NCBI GenBank assembly: GCA_018396865.1
Contig: JAGTRB010000005.1
Location: 1 to 64,000 of the forward strand
Length of the DNA: 64,000 nt
Origin: Candidatus Bathyarchaeota archaeon
Lineage (GTDB): Archaea > Thermoproteota > Bathyarchaeia > TCS64
Direction of reading: 5' to 3'
Within the stretch, counting starts at the first letter, position 1. Every line of letters starts with the position of its first letter. The notes below the pieces were generated by a model, which was given only the letters and a program-made list of their open reading frames with translations, was not told where the DNA came from and did no database searches. Below, one piece after another: positions 27,464 to 37,909 of this stretch. The position numbers and the translations under genes were made by a program.

Positions 27464-29440
27464 ATGGATCCCTATTTCGCCCCCATATTCACAGGCCTAT
27501 TGGCGATGGCTGTCATGGCATATCTAGCCTACTCCATCGTCAGGGAGCCGGTGGAGGATGAACACATGCTCAGCATAGCCAGTTCTATAGAGGAGGGGGC
27601 CAAGGCCTTCATCGGAAGGCAGTATAGGACGATAATCCTATTCTCCCTTCTCATTTCAACCGTTCTGTGGATCTTTACGGGGGATCCAAGATATGTCGGA
27701 TCCTTCCTATCAGGCGTCTTCCTATCTCTACTTTCGGCCTACATAGGGATGGTGATAGCGGTGAAGGCCAATGTGAGGACGGCATACGCAGCGATCTCAT
27801 CTCCATCGAAGGCCTTCTCAACAGCCTTCAGAGGTGGAGGTGTAATGGGACTATCCGTGACTGGATTGAGCCTCTTAGGAGTTTCAATACTCGTCATGGT
27901 CTTTAGGGATCCGGCTCCCCTGGTAGCATTTGGCTTTGGTTCAAGCCTATCAGCCCTCTTCGCCCAGTTGGGAGGGGGCATATTCACAAAGGCTGCAGAT
28001 ATTGGAGCAGACCTTGCTGGTAAAATAGAGCAGAAGATACCGGAGGATGATCCCAGAAACCCAGCCGTCATAGCCGACCAGGTAGGGGATAATGTGGGTG
28101 ACTGCGCAGGGAGGGGCTCAGACCTCTTCGAATCTATAAGCGACGACTACGTGACAGCGATGCTCCTAGGCTCGCTCCTCCTACACCCCCTCGGGAGGGA
28201 TTCGGCTCTGTTTCCCCTGGCGCTGGGGGCCGTAGGTGTATCTTCAACCATCATAGGGATCCTCATCACAAGAAGGTGGAGGGGTATAAAACCCATGGCA
28301 TCCTTTAACATAAGCCTGATAGTTACCGTTGTCTTATGCTCTATTGGAGCCTTCATCTCTTCGATTCTCTTACTTGGGGATTTGGGGATTTTCTACTCAG
28401 TTTTGAGCGGCATGGCGACGATGCTCATCATCGGTCTGGTCTCTCAGCATTACCTGGGATTAGAGAGGTCGCCTGTGAGAAATGTTGCCAAAGCCTCCGA
28501 GTATGGGGCGGCCATAAACATCATAACCGGGTTATCATACGCTCTACAGAGCCCCTTTATACCGATCCTACTCGTACTCTTGAGCGTCCTCTTCTCATAC
28601 TACATCACAGGGGGGTCCCTCTATGGAATTGTCGGAGCCAACCTGGGTACAGACCTAGCCACAGGGATAATCATGTCGGGCGACGCCTTCGGCCCCATAA
28701 GCGACAATGCAGCCGGCATAGCCGAGATGGCTGGGGGAGGTAGGAAGAGCCTAGAGGCCCTGTCCGAGCTCGACTCCATGGGCAATACCACTAAGGCCTA
28801 CACAAAGGCCTTCGCCGCCGCAAGTGGAGCCTTCTCGGCCGTCGTGATCCTGGTGACCTTCAACGAGATGATTGGGGTCAGGCTGGAGGCCTTCTCCATA
28901 GGCCCCTCCTTCATAGTAGGTGTCCTTTTGGGTGGGGTCCTCCCCTTCCTCTTCTCCTCCTATGCCATAGGTGCCACAGCCAGAACAGCTTACAGGGTAG
29001 TGGAGGAGGTCAGGAGACAATTCAGGGAGCTCCCGGGGATCCTCGAATGGAGGGATAGGCCAGACTACTCAAGGTGTGTGGACATAGCCACCAGATTTGC
29101 TCTATCCCAGATGCCCCTACCAGGATTGCTAGGGGTAGTTGCTCCGGTGATAGTTGGTCTGCTCCTCGGGAAGTATGCTTTAAGCGCCATGCTCTTGGGA
29201 GGTCTTGCCTCCTCCTCCATATTATCCCCCTTCTTCACCTTCGGAGGGGGCATATGGGATAACGCAAAAAAACACATAGAGGTGGAGTTTTGGATGAAAG
29301 GCACTCCAACCCATGCGGCGGCTGTGACCGGGGACACTGTTGGGGATCCCCTTAAAGATGTTGCGGGGCCATCCCTAAACATATTCATGAAGTTGATGAA
29401 CATGACAGCACTTTTAATAGCTCCAATAATAATTTCCTAA
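27464..29440 (+). CDS. hppA: Membrane-bound H+-translocating pyrophosphatase
   Basis: GGGIFTKAADIGADLAGK, DNVGDCAGRGSDLFES and DTVGDPLKD motifs, with about 16 TM segments. A TATA-like tttatta lies about 45 nt upstream and a GGAGGGTGA SD-like element precedes the ATG. Confidence 0.95.
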   Translation: MDPYFAPIFTGLLAMAVMAYLAYSIVREPVEDEHMLSIASSIEEGAKAFIGRQYRTIILFSLLISTVLWIFTGDPRYVGSFLSGVFLSLLSAYIGMVIAVKANVRTAYAAISSPSKAFSTAFRGGGVMGLSVTGLSLLGVSILVMVFRDPAPLVAFGFGSSLSALFAQLGGGIFTKAADIGADLAGKIEQKIPEDDPRNPAVIADQVGDNVGDCAGRGSDLFESISDDYVTAMLLGSLLLHPLGRDSALFPLALGAVGVSSTIIGILITRRWRGIKPMASFNISLIVTVVLCSIGAFISSILLLGDLGIFYSVLSGMATMLIIGLVSQHYLGLERSPVRNVAKASEYGAAINIITGLSYALQSPFIPILLVLLSVLFSYYITGGSLYGIVGANLGTDLATGIIMSGDAFGPISDNAAGIAEMAGGGRKSLEALSELDSMGNTTKAYTKAFAAASGAFSAVVILVTFNEMIGVRLEAFSIGPSFIVGVLLGGVLPFLFSSYAIGATARTAYRVVEEVRRQFRELPGILEWRDRPDYSRCVDIATRFALSQMPLPGLLGVVAPVIVGLLLGKYALSAMLLGGLASSSILSPFFTFGGGIWDNAKKHIEVEFWMKGTPTHAAAVTGDTVGDPLKDVAGPSLNIFMKLMNMTALLIAPIIIS

Positions 29441-29458
29441 AACATTATAGACCTTAAG

Positions 29459-30472
29459 TTACGAAGATGAGCTGATAATTCTAAAGTGGTCCCACCCGAG
29501 GGGCTTAATGGGTTTTTTCCTTCCATCTTCCATATAGGTTATTTCGATCTCCTCAGTAACCTCTCCAAACTCTATCATCTCGCAGTTAACCCTCTTCAGA
29601 GCTCTCCTCGCGGCCTCCACTAGTTCAGGCCTCAAGGTGAAGACGAGTTCATACTCCTCCCCACCATAGAATACGAGCTCCTCCAGCTCTATTCCATAGA
29701 CTTCCCCGAACTTTCTCGCCTCAGGGGAGGCTGGGAGGCTGTCAATCCTGAATCCGACATGGCTGCTTCTAGAGAGGTCATATAGGCTCATCGCAAGCCC
29801 ATCGCTAGAATCTATCGAGGCCGACACGGCGCCGGTCTCAGCTAGGGCTAGCCCCTCAGGAACCCTGGCCTTGGGCATATATACAGACTCTAATATGGAG
29901 GCCATGAACCCCCTCGGCGCCTCATAGCCCCCTATTAGGACCTTGAACGCTGCAGCCGTCTTCCCGAAACCTCCGGTCGTTGCTAGGATATCGCCGGGCC
30001 TAGCTCCACTCCTCCTCATTATGACCTTCTCATCAACCAATCCGAAGGCCACCCCCCCTATCACAACCTCCCCCGCCTCGTTTGTGTCCCCTCCGATCAT
30101 ATAGGCTCCATACTCTCTAGACCCGGAGTCGAACCCCTTGGCCATCTCCAGCACCGCCTCCACCTCCATGTCGGGGGGGATGCCGAGGGAGGCCATGAAG
30201 GCTAGGGGTTTGACCCCCTTGGACGCAAGGTCGCTGAAGTTCATGACCACCACCTTCCTCGCGGCCTGGAAGGGGGTCATCCCCCTCGGCACATCAGTCC
30301 TCCAAACGAGCATATCAGTCTTCAGTATGGCAACCCTCCCACCCTCAAGTCTTAATCCAGATACATCATCCCAGAAGGGGATAGGGACCGAGGGCATGTG
30401 GGTGAGAACCCCCATAATGAGTTCTATAAGCCTCCTCTCACCAACCTCCCTAACAGTAGCCATAGAATCCAC
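29459..30472 (-). CDS. thiL: AIR-synthase-related (PurM-like) protein, probably thiamine-monophosphate kinase ThiL
   Basis: VGERRLIELI N-terminus, NFSDLASKG, GGDTNEAGEVVIGGVAFG, ARPGDILATTG. Confidence 0.65.
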   Translation of the reverse strand: MDSMATVREVGERRLIELIMGVLTHMPSVPIPFWDDVSGLRLEGGRVAILKTDMLVWRTDVPRGMTPFQAARKVVVMNFSDLASKGVKPLAFMASLGIPPDMEVEAVLEMAKGFDSGSREYGAYMIGGDTNEAGEVVIGGVAFGLVDEKVIMRRSGARPGDILATTGGFGKTAAAFKVLIGGYEAPRGFMASILESVYMPKARVPEGLALAETGAVSASIDSSDGLAMSLYDLSRSSHVGFRIDSLPASPEARKFGEVYGIELEELVFYGGEEYELVFTLRPELVEAARRALKRVNCEMIEFGEVTEEIEITYMEDGRKKPIKPLGWDHFRIISSSS

Positions 30473-30787
30473 TACCAGGATGGTAGGAGGCCAGTAAAAA
30501 GGTCTTATGCTCCGAAGGAGCTGAAAGGGGAATTAATTCTTAGAACACAGACCCCGAGAGACGATGATTTTATTAGAGGAGGAGATGAAATTGATTTTCC
30601 CCCGCAAGGGAGAGCTTTTTTTACAATCGCGAAGGCTCAGGGTTCCAGCCTCAAGGAGATCTGACCACTTTCAGCCATAAAAGCCCCGGAAAATAAGACC
30701 TACTCAAAACCAAATAAAAACATACCGAATAAAAAAGGTCTTATATGGGTATGAGGATTCCAAAAAGATTCCGCTAGTGGTGGTTCG

Positions 30788-31948
30788 ATGGGAATCCTCG
30801 ATGACATCAGGGTGCTTGATCTTACCCATGTATGGTTCGGCCCCTTCTGCACCATGTTGCTGGCAGACCTTGGGGCTGAGGTCATAAGGATCGAGCCTCC
30901 ATGGGGAGCCATCGACAGGGTGGCTGAGGGAGCCCTCTTCGGGGGGGTCACCTATACCTTCCACCATTTGAACCTGAACAAGAAGGATCTAACCCTTAAC
31001 CTCAAGAGCCCTGAGGGGTTGGCCATATTCAAGGAGCTGGTCAAGATCTCCGATGTGGTAGTGCAGAACTTCAGCCCGGGTACGATGGAGAGGCTTGGGC
31101 TAGGATACGACGTCCTGAGGGAACTCAACCCCCGGATCATATACGCAGCGTTATCCGGCTTCGGGCAGTACGGCCCATATATGAAGAGGGGATCATACGC
31201 CATGATCGCGGAGGCTATGAGCGGCCACACTAGGCTGACGGGCGACGGGGTCGACCCAAAAGGGCCTCCCATAGAAATGGCCCAGGCCTATGGAGACCTA
31301 GGACCGGCCCTCTTCGCAGCCATGAGCATAATAGCAGCCATCAGGTATAGAGACAGGACCGGGAAGGGCCAGATGATCGATGTATCCCAGCTGGACTGCA
31401 TGGTCGCCCTTAACACAGGCATAACTTGCTACACCCTCTCGGGAATGAAGCCATGGGAGCTAAGGGAGAAATATCCAGCTACGAGGGGTGTGGGAGGCCT
31501 GATGAGGACTAAGGACGGCGGCTGGATAAGGCTGGCGGCCTTCTCCCCATCCTCCATAGACAACCTGAAGAGATGCCTTGGAGCCGAGGAGATAAGCAAG
31601 GAGGATGTGGAGAAGAGGGTTGCCGAGATGACTAGGGACGAGGCCGTAGAACTATTCGTGAAAGCCGATGTCCCAGTGGCACCGGTATACCACGTCGACG
31701 AGGTGGTGAAGGACCCCCACCTAATAGCCAGAGGCATGTTCATAGAGCTTGAGCACCCGAAGGCAGGAAGGGTCAAGGTCCCAAACTTCCCCGTCAAGTT
31801 CTCCGAGACCCCCGGTAGAGTTGTCACAGCCGCACCCCTGCTGGGGCAGCATAACAGGGAGATCTTAATGGGGCTTTTAGGGTATACGGAGGAGAAGATC
31901 AGGGAGCTTGAGCTGGCTGGGGTAATATCATCGGAGCCCATGCCATAA
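30788..31948 (+). CDS. CoA-transferase family III (CaiB/BaiF) enzyme
   Basis: GIRVLDLTHVWFGPFCTMLLADLGAEVIRIEPP at the N-terminus and family-wide conservation. Confidence 0.85.
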   Translation: MGILDDIRVLDLTHVWFGPFCTMLLADLGAEVIRIEPPWGAIDRVAEGALFGGVTYTFHHLNLNKKDLTLNLKSPEGLAIFKELVKISDVVVQNFSPGTMERLGLGYDVLRELNPRIIYAALSGFGQYGPYMKRGSYAMIAEAMSGHTRLTGDGVDPKGPPIEMAQAYGDLGPALFAAMSIIAAIRYRDRTGKGQMIDVSQLDCMVALNTGITCYTLSGMKPWELREKYPATRGVGGLMRTKDGGWIRLAAFSPSSIDNLKRCLGAEEISKEDVEKRVAEMTRDEAVELFVKADVPVAPVYHVDEVVKDPHLIARGMFIELEHPKAGRVKVPNFPVKFSETPGRVVTAAPLLGQHNREILMGLLGYTEEKIRELELAGVISSEPMP

Positions 31949-32022
31949 CCCTAGCATCGAGCCTTAATCCTCAAGGCCACAAATATATTCTTAAATTGGT
32001 TTAGTCAACCAAATAGCTGGAG

Positions 32023-32095
32023 GCCCCGGTAGCTCAGTGGCCAGAGCGGCAGCCTCGTAAGTTGTTGGCCGCGGGTTCGAATCCCGCCCGGGGCT
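32023..32095 (+). tRNA. tRNA-Thr (anticodon CGU)
   Basis: Acceptor GCCCCGG/CCGGGGC, D-arm gctcagtggccagagc, anticodon loop ctCGTaa, T-arm gcgggttcgaatcccgc. Confidence 0.8.
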
Positions 32096-32123
32096 CCACA
32101 GCCTCGAATAGGAGGGGGAGATA

Positions 32124-32723
32124 TTGACCTCGGAGTGTAAGTTCGATGACCTCATCTTGAAGAGGACTCTCATTGTTGGAGATGTGGGGGTGGGAAAAAC
32201 CAGGATGACTATTAACCTCCTCTGCGATGCCTTGTCCAAGGGTTATTCGAGGGATATCACGATCGTCGATATGGCGCCTGGAAGCATGGTGTATCAGGGA
32301 AGGAAAATTGGTGGGTGTATATCTGACATGATAAAGCTACCGGGAGGTGTCAGATACCTCAAACCTAATAGGATAATGGCTCCCAGGATCACAGCCAGTT
32401 CACCGGGTGAGCTTCTTCTTATGGTTGAGAATAATAGGAAATCCATAGAACCCCTTCTGAGGGAATTTCTAGATGATCCCACCCCTATACTGTTCATAAA
32501 CGATGTCTCGATATATTTTCAGTCTGGATGTTACAAGAAAGTATTTGAGGTATTAGAGGCATCGAAGACCTTCATCGGAAATGGTTATTATGGAGGCTCT
32601 CTCATTTTCGATTATGGAACAGGCGTATCAAAGATCGAAAGGCATCTCATGGATCTTCTCATTAGTAAGGTTGATATCGTCATAAACCTTTCAGAATCCC
32701 CGAAAACGGAGGATCCCATATAG
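32124..32723 (+). CDS. P-loop NTPase of unknown function (TTG start)
   Basis: Walker A IVGDVGVGKT and a Walker-B-like ILFINDV. I recognise no family. Confidence 0.5.
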   Translation: MTSECKFDDLILKRTLIVGDVGVGKTRMTINLLCDALSKGYSRDITIVDMAPGSMVYQGRKIGGCISDMIKLPGGVRYLKPNRIMAPRITASSPGELLLMVENNRKSIEPLLREFLDDPTPILFINDVSIYFQSGCYKKVFEVLEASKTFIGNGYYGGSLIFDYGTGVSKIERHLMDLLISKVDIVINLSESPKTEDPI

Positions 32724-32843
32724 CTAATCCATGGAGACGTATGTAACCGTCCTGAGACCTCTCTCTTTGCAGAAGCGCATTTCAACTGGGTATTTAAGCT
32801 CAGGCTTAAATAGCATAGATTATTATTATTGTTGGATTAGGGG

Positions 32844-33596
32844 ATGGAGGCTCCAATTTCAGCGGAGCTGATGGTTGGGGTTGGCGCCATCGCGGTGGCC
32901 GTATTGGCTGTATACCTTTTCGTGAGGGCTACGAGGGGAGGGGAGAAGGGGAAGAAGGAAATTGAGGTGTCTGGGGTGGAGAAGGGCCCGATGGTCGAGG
33001 TAGCCAAGCCCCTGCCTCCTTCAGGGGAGAAGTATCAAGCACCCGTTACATCGAGGTATGTACAGCCGGGCCAGGTGGAGAAGGCTAGGAGCGAGATCAG
33101 GGTCCTCACCCTGAGGAGGGAGCTGCTAAGCATGGCCCTTAAGAGGCTCTTCGAGGCCGAAGACCTTGGGGAGATAACCCGGGAGGAGCGGGTAAGGATC
33201 TCTAAGGGTTATGAGGATGAGATGAAGAGGGTTGCGGAGGAGATCAAGCGATCGGAGTTGATACTGACCCTCCACGAGCTTGAGAACATAAGAGATGAGA
33301 TAGTCAAAAAATTTGAGGCGACCTTGAACAACACCCAGATGAGGATCGATGCCATCCTGAAGGAGTTGAACATAGAGGAGTTGAAGGCTCAGCCAGAGGC
33401 TCAGCCTGAGGCTGAGAAGAAGAGGAGAAAAGTCAAGGAGGAGGGCAAAGAGGAGCCCAAGGAAGAGGCCAAGGAGGGGGAGGCCGAGAAGCCTAAGGCG
33501 CCGAAGAGGTCCGAGGTCGACGAGAAGCTGGAGCAGCTCAGGAGAGAGGTACTTAAAGAGCTCGAGGAGCTGGAGAAGCTGGAGATAGAGGTCTGA
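32844..33596 (+). CDS. N-terminally membrane-anchored coiled-coil protein with K/E-rich tail
   Basis: A TM helix at residues 8-27, then long charged helical segments, ending EEGKEEPKEEAKEGEAEKPKAPK. Confidence 0.55.
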   Translation: MEAPISAELMVGVGAIAVAVLAVYLFVRATRGGEKGKKEIEVSGVEKGPMVEVAKPLPPSGEKYQAPVTSRYVQPGQVEKARSEIRVLTLRRELLSMALKRLFEAEDLGEITREERVRISKGYEDEMKRVAEEIKRSELILTLHELENIRDEIVKKFEATLNNTQMRIDAILKELNIEELKAQPEAQPEAEKKRRKVKEEGKEEPKEEAKEGEAEKPKAPKRSEVDEKLEQLRREVLKELEELEKLEIEV

Positions 33597-33603
33597 TCAG
33601 GCT

Positions 33604-34302
33604 GTGGATCCCAGGGAGATGATGAAGAGGCGAGCATCAGAGAAGGCCGTTGAACATGTTGAGAGCGGCTTCATCGTAGGCCTTGGGAGTGGAACAACGG
33701 CAACGTTGGCGATAAGGCTAATCGGAGAACGGTTAAGAGCTGGAATACTGAGAGATATCTTAGGGGTTCCAACTAGCCTCCAGGCCGCCCAAGAAGCGAT
33801 CTCCTCAGGTATCCCATTAACAACTCTAGACGAGCATCCTGAGATAGATGTAACGATCGATGGAGCCGATCAGATAGACCATGAGCTGAGGGCGATCAAG
33901 GGTGGTGGGGGGGCTCTCTTAAGGGAGAAGGTTGTGGCATCCTCCTCAAGGCTTAGGATAGTTGTAGCTGACGAGACGAAGTTGACTGAGAGGCTTGGAG
34001 TCGGCTGTCCAGTCCCCGTTGAGGTTCACCCCTTCGCCATTAAACCGGTATATATGAGGCTTTTGAAGATGGGAGCCAAGCCGAGGATTAGGACGGGAAC
34101 TGGGAAATTGGGCCCCGTGGTGACCGATAATGGAAACCTTATCATCGATGTTAGCTTCAATGCGTTAAGCGATCCAAAGAGGCTTGAGGAGAGCCTTAAG
34201 GCGATCCCTGGGGTATTAGAGACAGGTCTCTTCATAGACCTGATAGATCTCGCGTATATAGGCACCCGAGAGGACGTTAGAAGGCTGGGAAGGGTCGGCT
34301 AA
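33604..34302 (+). CDS. rpiA: Ribose-5-phosphate isomerase A
   Basis: GLGSGTTATLAIRLI, DGADQID, KGGGGALLREKVVA. GTG start, or the ATG at 33619. Confidence 0.9.
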   Translation: MDPREMMKRRASEKAVEHVESGFIVGLGSGTTATLAIRLIGERLRAGILRDILGVPTSLQAAQEAISSGIPLTTLDEHPEIDVTIDGADQIDHELRAIKGGGGALLREKVVASSSRLRIVVADETKLTERLGVGCPVPVEVHPFAIKPVYMRLLKMGAKPRIRTGTGKLGPVVTDNGNLIIDVSFNALSDPKRLEESLKAIPGVLETGLFIDLIDLAYIGTREDVRRLGRVG

Positions 34303-34473
34303 AAGGAATCTCGAAGGATTTATTAAAATGCCCCATTAAATTTTGGTGAGATCCCCAACGGTTGGTACGCCCGATCAGCCTCCGGAAACAGGTTCATTTT
34401 GAAAAACGGGGTGAGAATCAAACCCCTTCAACGTCCCAACGGCTGAGAAGGGTGAGAATTAAATTTTTGTCTT

Positions 34474-35364
34474 CTACTCCCTCAGGAGGCTGCATCCAGC
34501 AAGCTTCTCTATCACCCTGATTATGGCCTGGGTTCCCTTCTCCCCCAGCCCCTCCGCATCCAAAGACCTGAAGAGCTGGTATACTAGGCCGGTTCCGAGC
34601 ATGGGGAGCTTCATCTCCGCCGAGGCCTCCATTATCAGCCTGAGATCCTTTAGATAGTGGCTCACCTTGAACCCGGGCTCCAGGTCTCCTCTTAGTAGCT
34701 TGGCCCCATTATTTATGAGCTGCCAGCTGCTCGCCGCACCTCCAGATATGGCTGAGAAGGCCCTTTCAAGGTCGACTCCAGCCTTCGATGCGAACATTAG
34801 GGCCTCTGCCACCCCGAGCATGTTTATCCCCACTAGGATCTGGTTGCAGAGCTTGACCATCTGCCCCATCCCGTGATCTCCCACATAGATTATGTTCTTC
34901 CCCATGGCCTTGAATACGGGGAGGCACTCCTGAAAAGCGTCCTCATCCCCGCCGACCATTATGCTCAGGGTTCCATCCCTGGCCCCTATATCCCCGCCGC
35001 TCACAGGGGCGTCGAGCATCCTCACCCCCTTCTTCTCGAGCTCTGAGGCTATACGCCTCGTCACGATCGGGGAGATCGTACTCATGTCCACCACTATGGA
35101 TCCTGGCCTAGCTCCATGGATAACCCCTCCTGGGCCCAAGATGACCTCCTCAACGTCCGGTGAGTCTGTGACTATGTCGATTATGATATCTGAGCGTTCA
35201 GCAACCTCCTTGGGGGATGATGCGCCTGAGGCTCCGGCATCTATCAGGGGCCTCATCTTTGAAGGGGTTCTGTTCCAAACTGTTAGTGGGAAACCGGCTC
35301 TCAGGATGTTCATGGACATCCCGCTCCCCATTATCCCCAGACCTATGAAACCTACCCTCTTCAA
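34474..35364 (-). CDS. NAD-binding 3-hydroxyisobutyrate/2-hydroxy-3-oxopropionate dehydrogenase family oxidoreductase
   Basis: VGFIGLGIMGSGMSMNI Rossmann motif and the 6PGDH-like C-domain. Confidence 0.85.
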   Translation of the reverse strand: MKRVGFIGLGIMGSGMSMNILRAGFPLTVWNRTPSKMRPLIDAGASGASSPKEVAERSDIIIDIVTDSPDVEEVILGPGGVIHGARPGSIVVDMSTISPIVTRRIASELEKKGVRMLDAPVSGGDIGARDGTLSIMVGGDEDAFQECLPVFKAMGKNIIYVGDHGMGQMVKLCNQILVGINMLGVAEALMFASKAGVDLERAFSAISGGAASSWQLINNGAKLLRGDLEPGFKVSHYLKDLRLIMEASAEMKLPMLGTGLVYQLFRSLDAEGLGEKGTQAIIRVIEKLAGCSLLRE

Positions 35365-35403
35365 TCCCTCTCACCATCCAACTAAATGGGTTGACATCTC
35401 TTC

Positions 35404-35811
35404 TCAATATCCGAGCTGCCTTAAGACCATCTGCTTCAGGCTCAGGAGGTAGAAGCTCCCTGAGAGGCCCAGGGCGATCAGGGCGATGCCCAGGAATAGG
35501 GTCATGGAAGCCCTCCTCATATCATATACGACTCGGGTGCTCCTATAGGAGGTCAAGAGGCCAAGAAAGGTGAGCGTAAGGAACAGCATGCTGAGGGCGC
35601 TCTCCATAAGTGTCTGCTCGTCCTGAAGTCCCCTAACGGCCACATACCCACCTGAAAAACCTATGATGGTTGGGGGTCTATCGATGAGGTTGTAGATCCC
35701 CCCTCCCGCTATGAAGGCTGTGAAGACCACTACTAGTACGGAGATCAGGGTTTCTACGGTTCCTGTCTTCCACCTAAACCTCCTTATGAACCTCCTCAAC
35801 CTGGTGGACAT
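35404..35811 (-). CDS. Hypothetical 4-TM membrane protein
   Basis: Hydrophobic helices; no motif recognised. Confidence 0.5.
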   Translation of the reverse strand: MSTRLRRFIRRFRWKTGTVETLISVLVVVFTAFIAGGGIYNLIDRPPTIIGFSGGYVAVRGLQDEQTLMESALSMLFLTLTFLGLLTSYRSTRVVYDMRRASMTLFLGIALIALGLSGSFYLLSLKQMVLRQLGY

Positions 35812-35901
35812 CTCAAGCCGTTTAGTTGTAAACCTTGCAATTTAAAATCCCTTTCGGAGGATAAGATAAGGTTTAATTAAGTCTGAAGCATAAAGAAGCA
35901 C

Positions 35902-36099
35902 ATGCCCCAGCAGATCATCTGCTCAGATTGTGGCTGTGTTCTTTATGAGGGGGAGGTCATCAAGTCACCGTATGAGATTATAAGGAAGTTCAACTCCAGG
36001 TGCCCTAAATGCAACAGGAAGCTCTCATTCTCACCGGAGAATGTGAAGGTGGTTCTCTGGGACGGAGGCTCGGATGCTTCCAAATCAAATGATAGGTAA
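35902..36099 (+). CDS. Small zinc-ribbon protein (CSDCGC...CPKC)
   Basis: 65 aa with two CxxC pairs about 27 residues apart. Confidence 0.5.
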   Translation: MPQQIICSDCGCVLYEGEVIKSPYEIIRKFNSRCPKCNRKLSFSPENVKVVLWDGGSDASKSNDR

Positions 36100-36145
36100 A
36101 ATTTCGACAACGATTTATAACCCTCCCAATTGATCACTGGGAGGA

Positions 36146-37288
36146 ATGCGTTTGTCCATGAGGAGAACTCACCTATACCAGTATCATAGGGAGCATGGCA
36201 AGCTCATAGAGTTCGCGGGGTTCGAGATGCCTGTATGGTATGAGGGTGTAATCCCAGAGCATCAAGCTGTAAGGAACTCTGTGGGCCTCTTCGACGTAAC
36301 CCACATGGGCAGGACGCTCGTGGAGGGGGAAGGAGCAGAGGGGTTCCTTGACTACATGCTCACGGGCGATGTCTCTGCTCTAGAACCGATGAGGGGATTG
36401 TACTCCCTCATGTGCAACGAGAGGGGCGGGATAGTAGACGACCTTATAACATATCGACTTTCGGATGACAAGTTCTTCTTGGTATACAACGCCTCAAACA
36501 GGGAGAAGGACCTAAAATGGCTTGTGAGAAACTCTCAGGGGTTTAATGTGAGCATCAAAGAGGTCTCAGACGAGGTGGCTATGTTCTCCCTGCAGGGGCC
36601 CAAGGCCGAGGAAACCCTCAAGAAGCTCTGCGGTAAAGGGGTCGCGAGCCTAGAGAGGTTCCAATTATCAAAATATAGGGCTCAGGGCTTCGATATAATG
36701 GCGGCGAGGACCGGATACACCGGAGAGGACGGATTCGAGCTCTTCGTCCTAGACACACCCCTCCAGGAGCCCTGGAAGGCTGTGAGATTTTGGGAGATGC
36801 TGTTAGAGGCTGGGGAGGAGTTCGGGATAAAGCCCTGTGGATTGGGAGCCAGGGACACCCTACGCCTAGAGGCTGGCTTATGCCTCTACGGAAACGATAT
36901 AGATGAGGAGACCAACCCCTTCGAGGCCCGCCTCAGATGGGTTGTCAAGCTGAAGAAGGAGAGGGGCTTCATAGGGCAGGAGGCCCTGATGAGGGTGGCG
37001 GAGGAGGGAGTGAGGAGAACCAGGGTCGGCATAGCCCTAGAGGAGAGGGGGATCCCAAGGAAGGGGTATGAGATCTGGAATGAGGGGATGATAGGGATCA
37101 TAACCAGCGGAGGCTACAGCCCAACCCTTGACAAAGGGATAGCCATGGGATATGTACCACCCGAATACTCCAAGCTTGGCACCCCGGTCAGGATAAAGAT
37201 AAGGGATAGGCTCTTAAAGGGAAAAATAGTTAAGTTCCACCCCTTCTACGATGAATCTAGGTATGGATGGAAGAGGGATAAAGGTTGA
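36146..37288 (+). CDS. gcvT: Glycine cleavage system T protein (aminomethyltransferase)
   Basis: Full-length GcvT similarity: LFDVTHMGR, GYTGEDGFEL, C-terminal barrel. Confidence 0.9.
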   Translation: MRLSMRRTHLYQYHREHGKLIEFAGFEMPVWYEGVIPEHQAVRNSVGLFDVTHMGRTLVEGEGAEGFLDYMLTGDVSALEPMRGLYSLMCNERGGIVDDLITYRLSDDKFFLVYNASNREKDLKWLVRNSQGFNVSIKEVSDEVAMFSLQGPKAEETLKKLCGKGVASLERFQLSKYRAQGFDIMAARTGYTGEDGFELFVLDTPLQEPWKAVRFWEMLLEAGEEFGIKPCGLGARDTLRLEAGLCLYGNDIDEETNPFEARLRWVVKLKKERGFIGQEALMRVAEEGVRRTRVGIALEERGIPRKGYEIWNEGMIGIITSGGYSPTLDKGIAMGYVPPEYSKLGTPVRIKIRDRLLKGKIVKFHPFYDESRYGWKRDKG

Positions 37289-37689
37289 AGAAGGATTACA
37301 AGTTTCCAAGAGAGCTCCGCTACTCAAAGGAGCATGAATGGGTCAAGGTGCTCGATGATGGCACAGCCCTCATCGGCATAAGCGACTACGCCCAGGACCA
37401 GCTCCACGAGCTCGTCTATGTGGAGCTCCCAAGGGTTGGGAGGGAGGTAAAACAGATGGAGGCCATAGGAACCGTGGAGTCCGTGAAGGCGGTGAGCGAC
37501 GTATACTCCCCGATATCGGGGGTCATCCTTGAGGTGAACAACGAGCTCCCCAACAGCCCGGAGCTCATAAACCAAGATCCCTACGGAAAGGGGTGGATAG
37601 CAAAGGTTAGACCGAAGAACCTGGAGGCCGAGCTCAGGGGGCTTATGGACAGTGAGGCTTACAAGAGGTATATAGAGACGCAGCGTTAG
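37285..37689 (+). CDS. gcvH: Glycine cleavage system H protein (lipoyl carrier)
   Basis: The lipoyl-lysine motif VESVKAVSDVYSPISG. Overlaps the gcvT stop by 4 bp. Confidence 0.9.
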   Translation: MKKDYKFPRELRYSKEHEWVKVLDDGTALIGISDYAQDQLHELVYVELPRVGREVKQMEAIGTVESVKAVSDVYSPISGVILEVNNELPNSPELINQDPYGKGWIAKVRPKNLEAELRGLMDSEAYKRYIETQR

Positions 37690-37699
37690 AACTCTAAAC

Positions 37700-37782
37700 G
37701 CGGGGGTTCCCGAGGGGCCAAAGGGGGCAGGTTCAGGACCTGCTGGATCAGTCCTCCGTGGGTTCGAATCCCACCCCCCGCA
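37700..37782 (+). tRNA. tRNA-Leu (anticodon CAG), long variable arm
   Basis: Acceptor GCGGGGG/CCCCCGC, anticodon stem gcagg/cctgc with loop ttCAGga, variable arm tggatcagtcctccg, T-arm gtgggttcgaatcccac. Confidence 0.8.
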
Positions 37783-37909
37783 CCATTCTGGGGGACAGAT
37801 ATTTCTAAAGCATTATTCTCATGGTACCCTTAATTAAATAAACCTAATTAGGCCTCCGAAAATTCATCATTATGTTTTTTATCTTTTGAGGATGAAATAA
37901 ATGTGGGCG

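Noticed and set aside
27739-28071. Antisense ORFs within hppA (and similar ones within abcE1, polX, sppA)
   Set aside because: Shadow ORFs opposite strongly supported genes.
29459-30472. Alternative assignment as HypE/SelD rather than ThiL
   Set aside because: The N-terminal GERRLIELI-type motif and the overall length fit ThiL best. No hyp or sel partners are nearby. I kept ThiL at moderate confidence.
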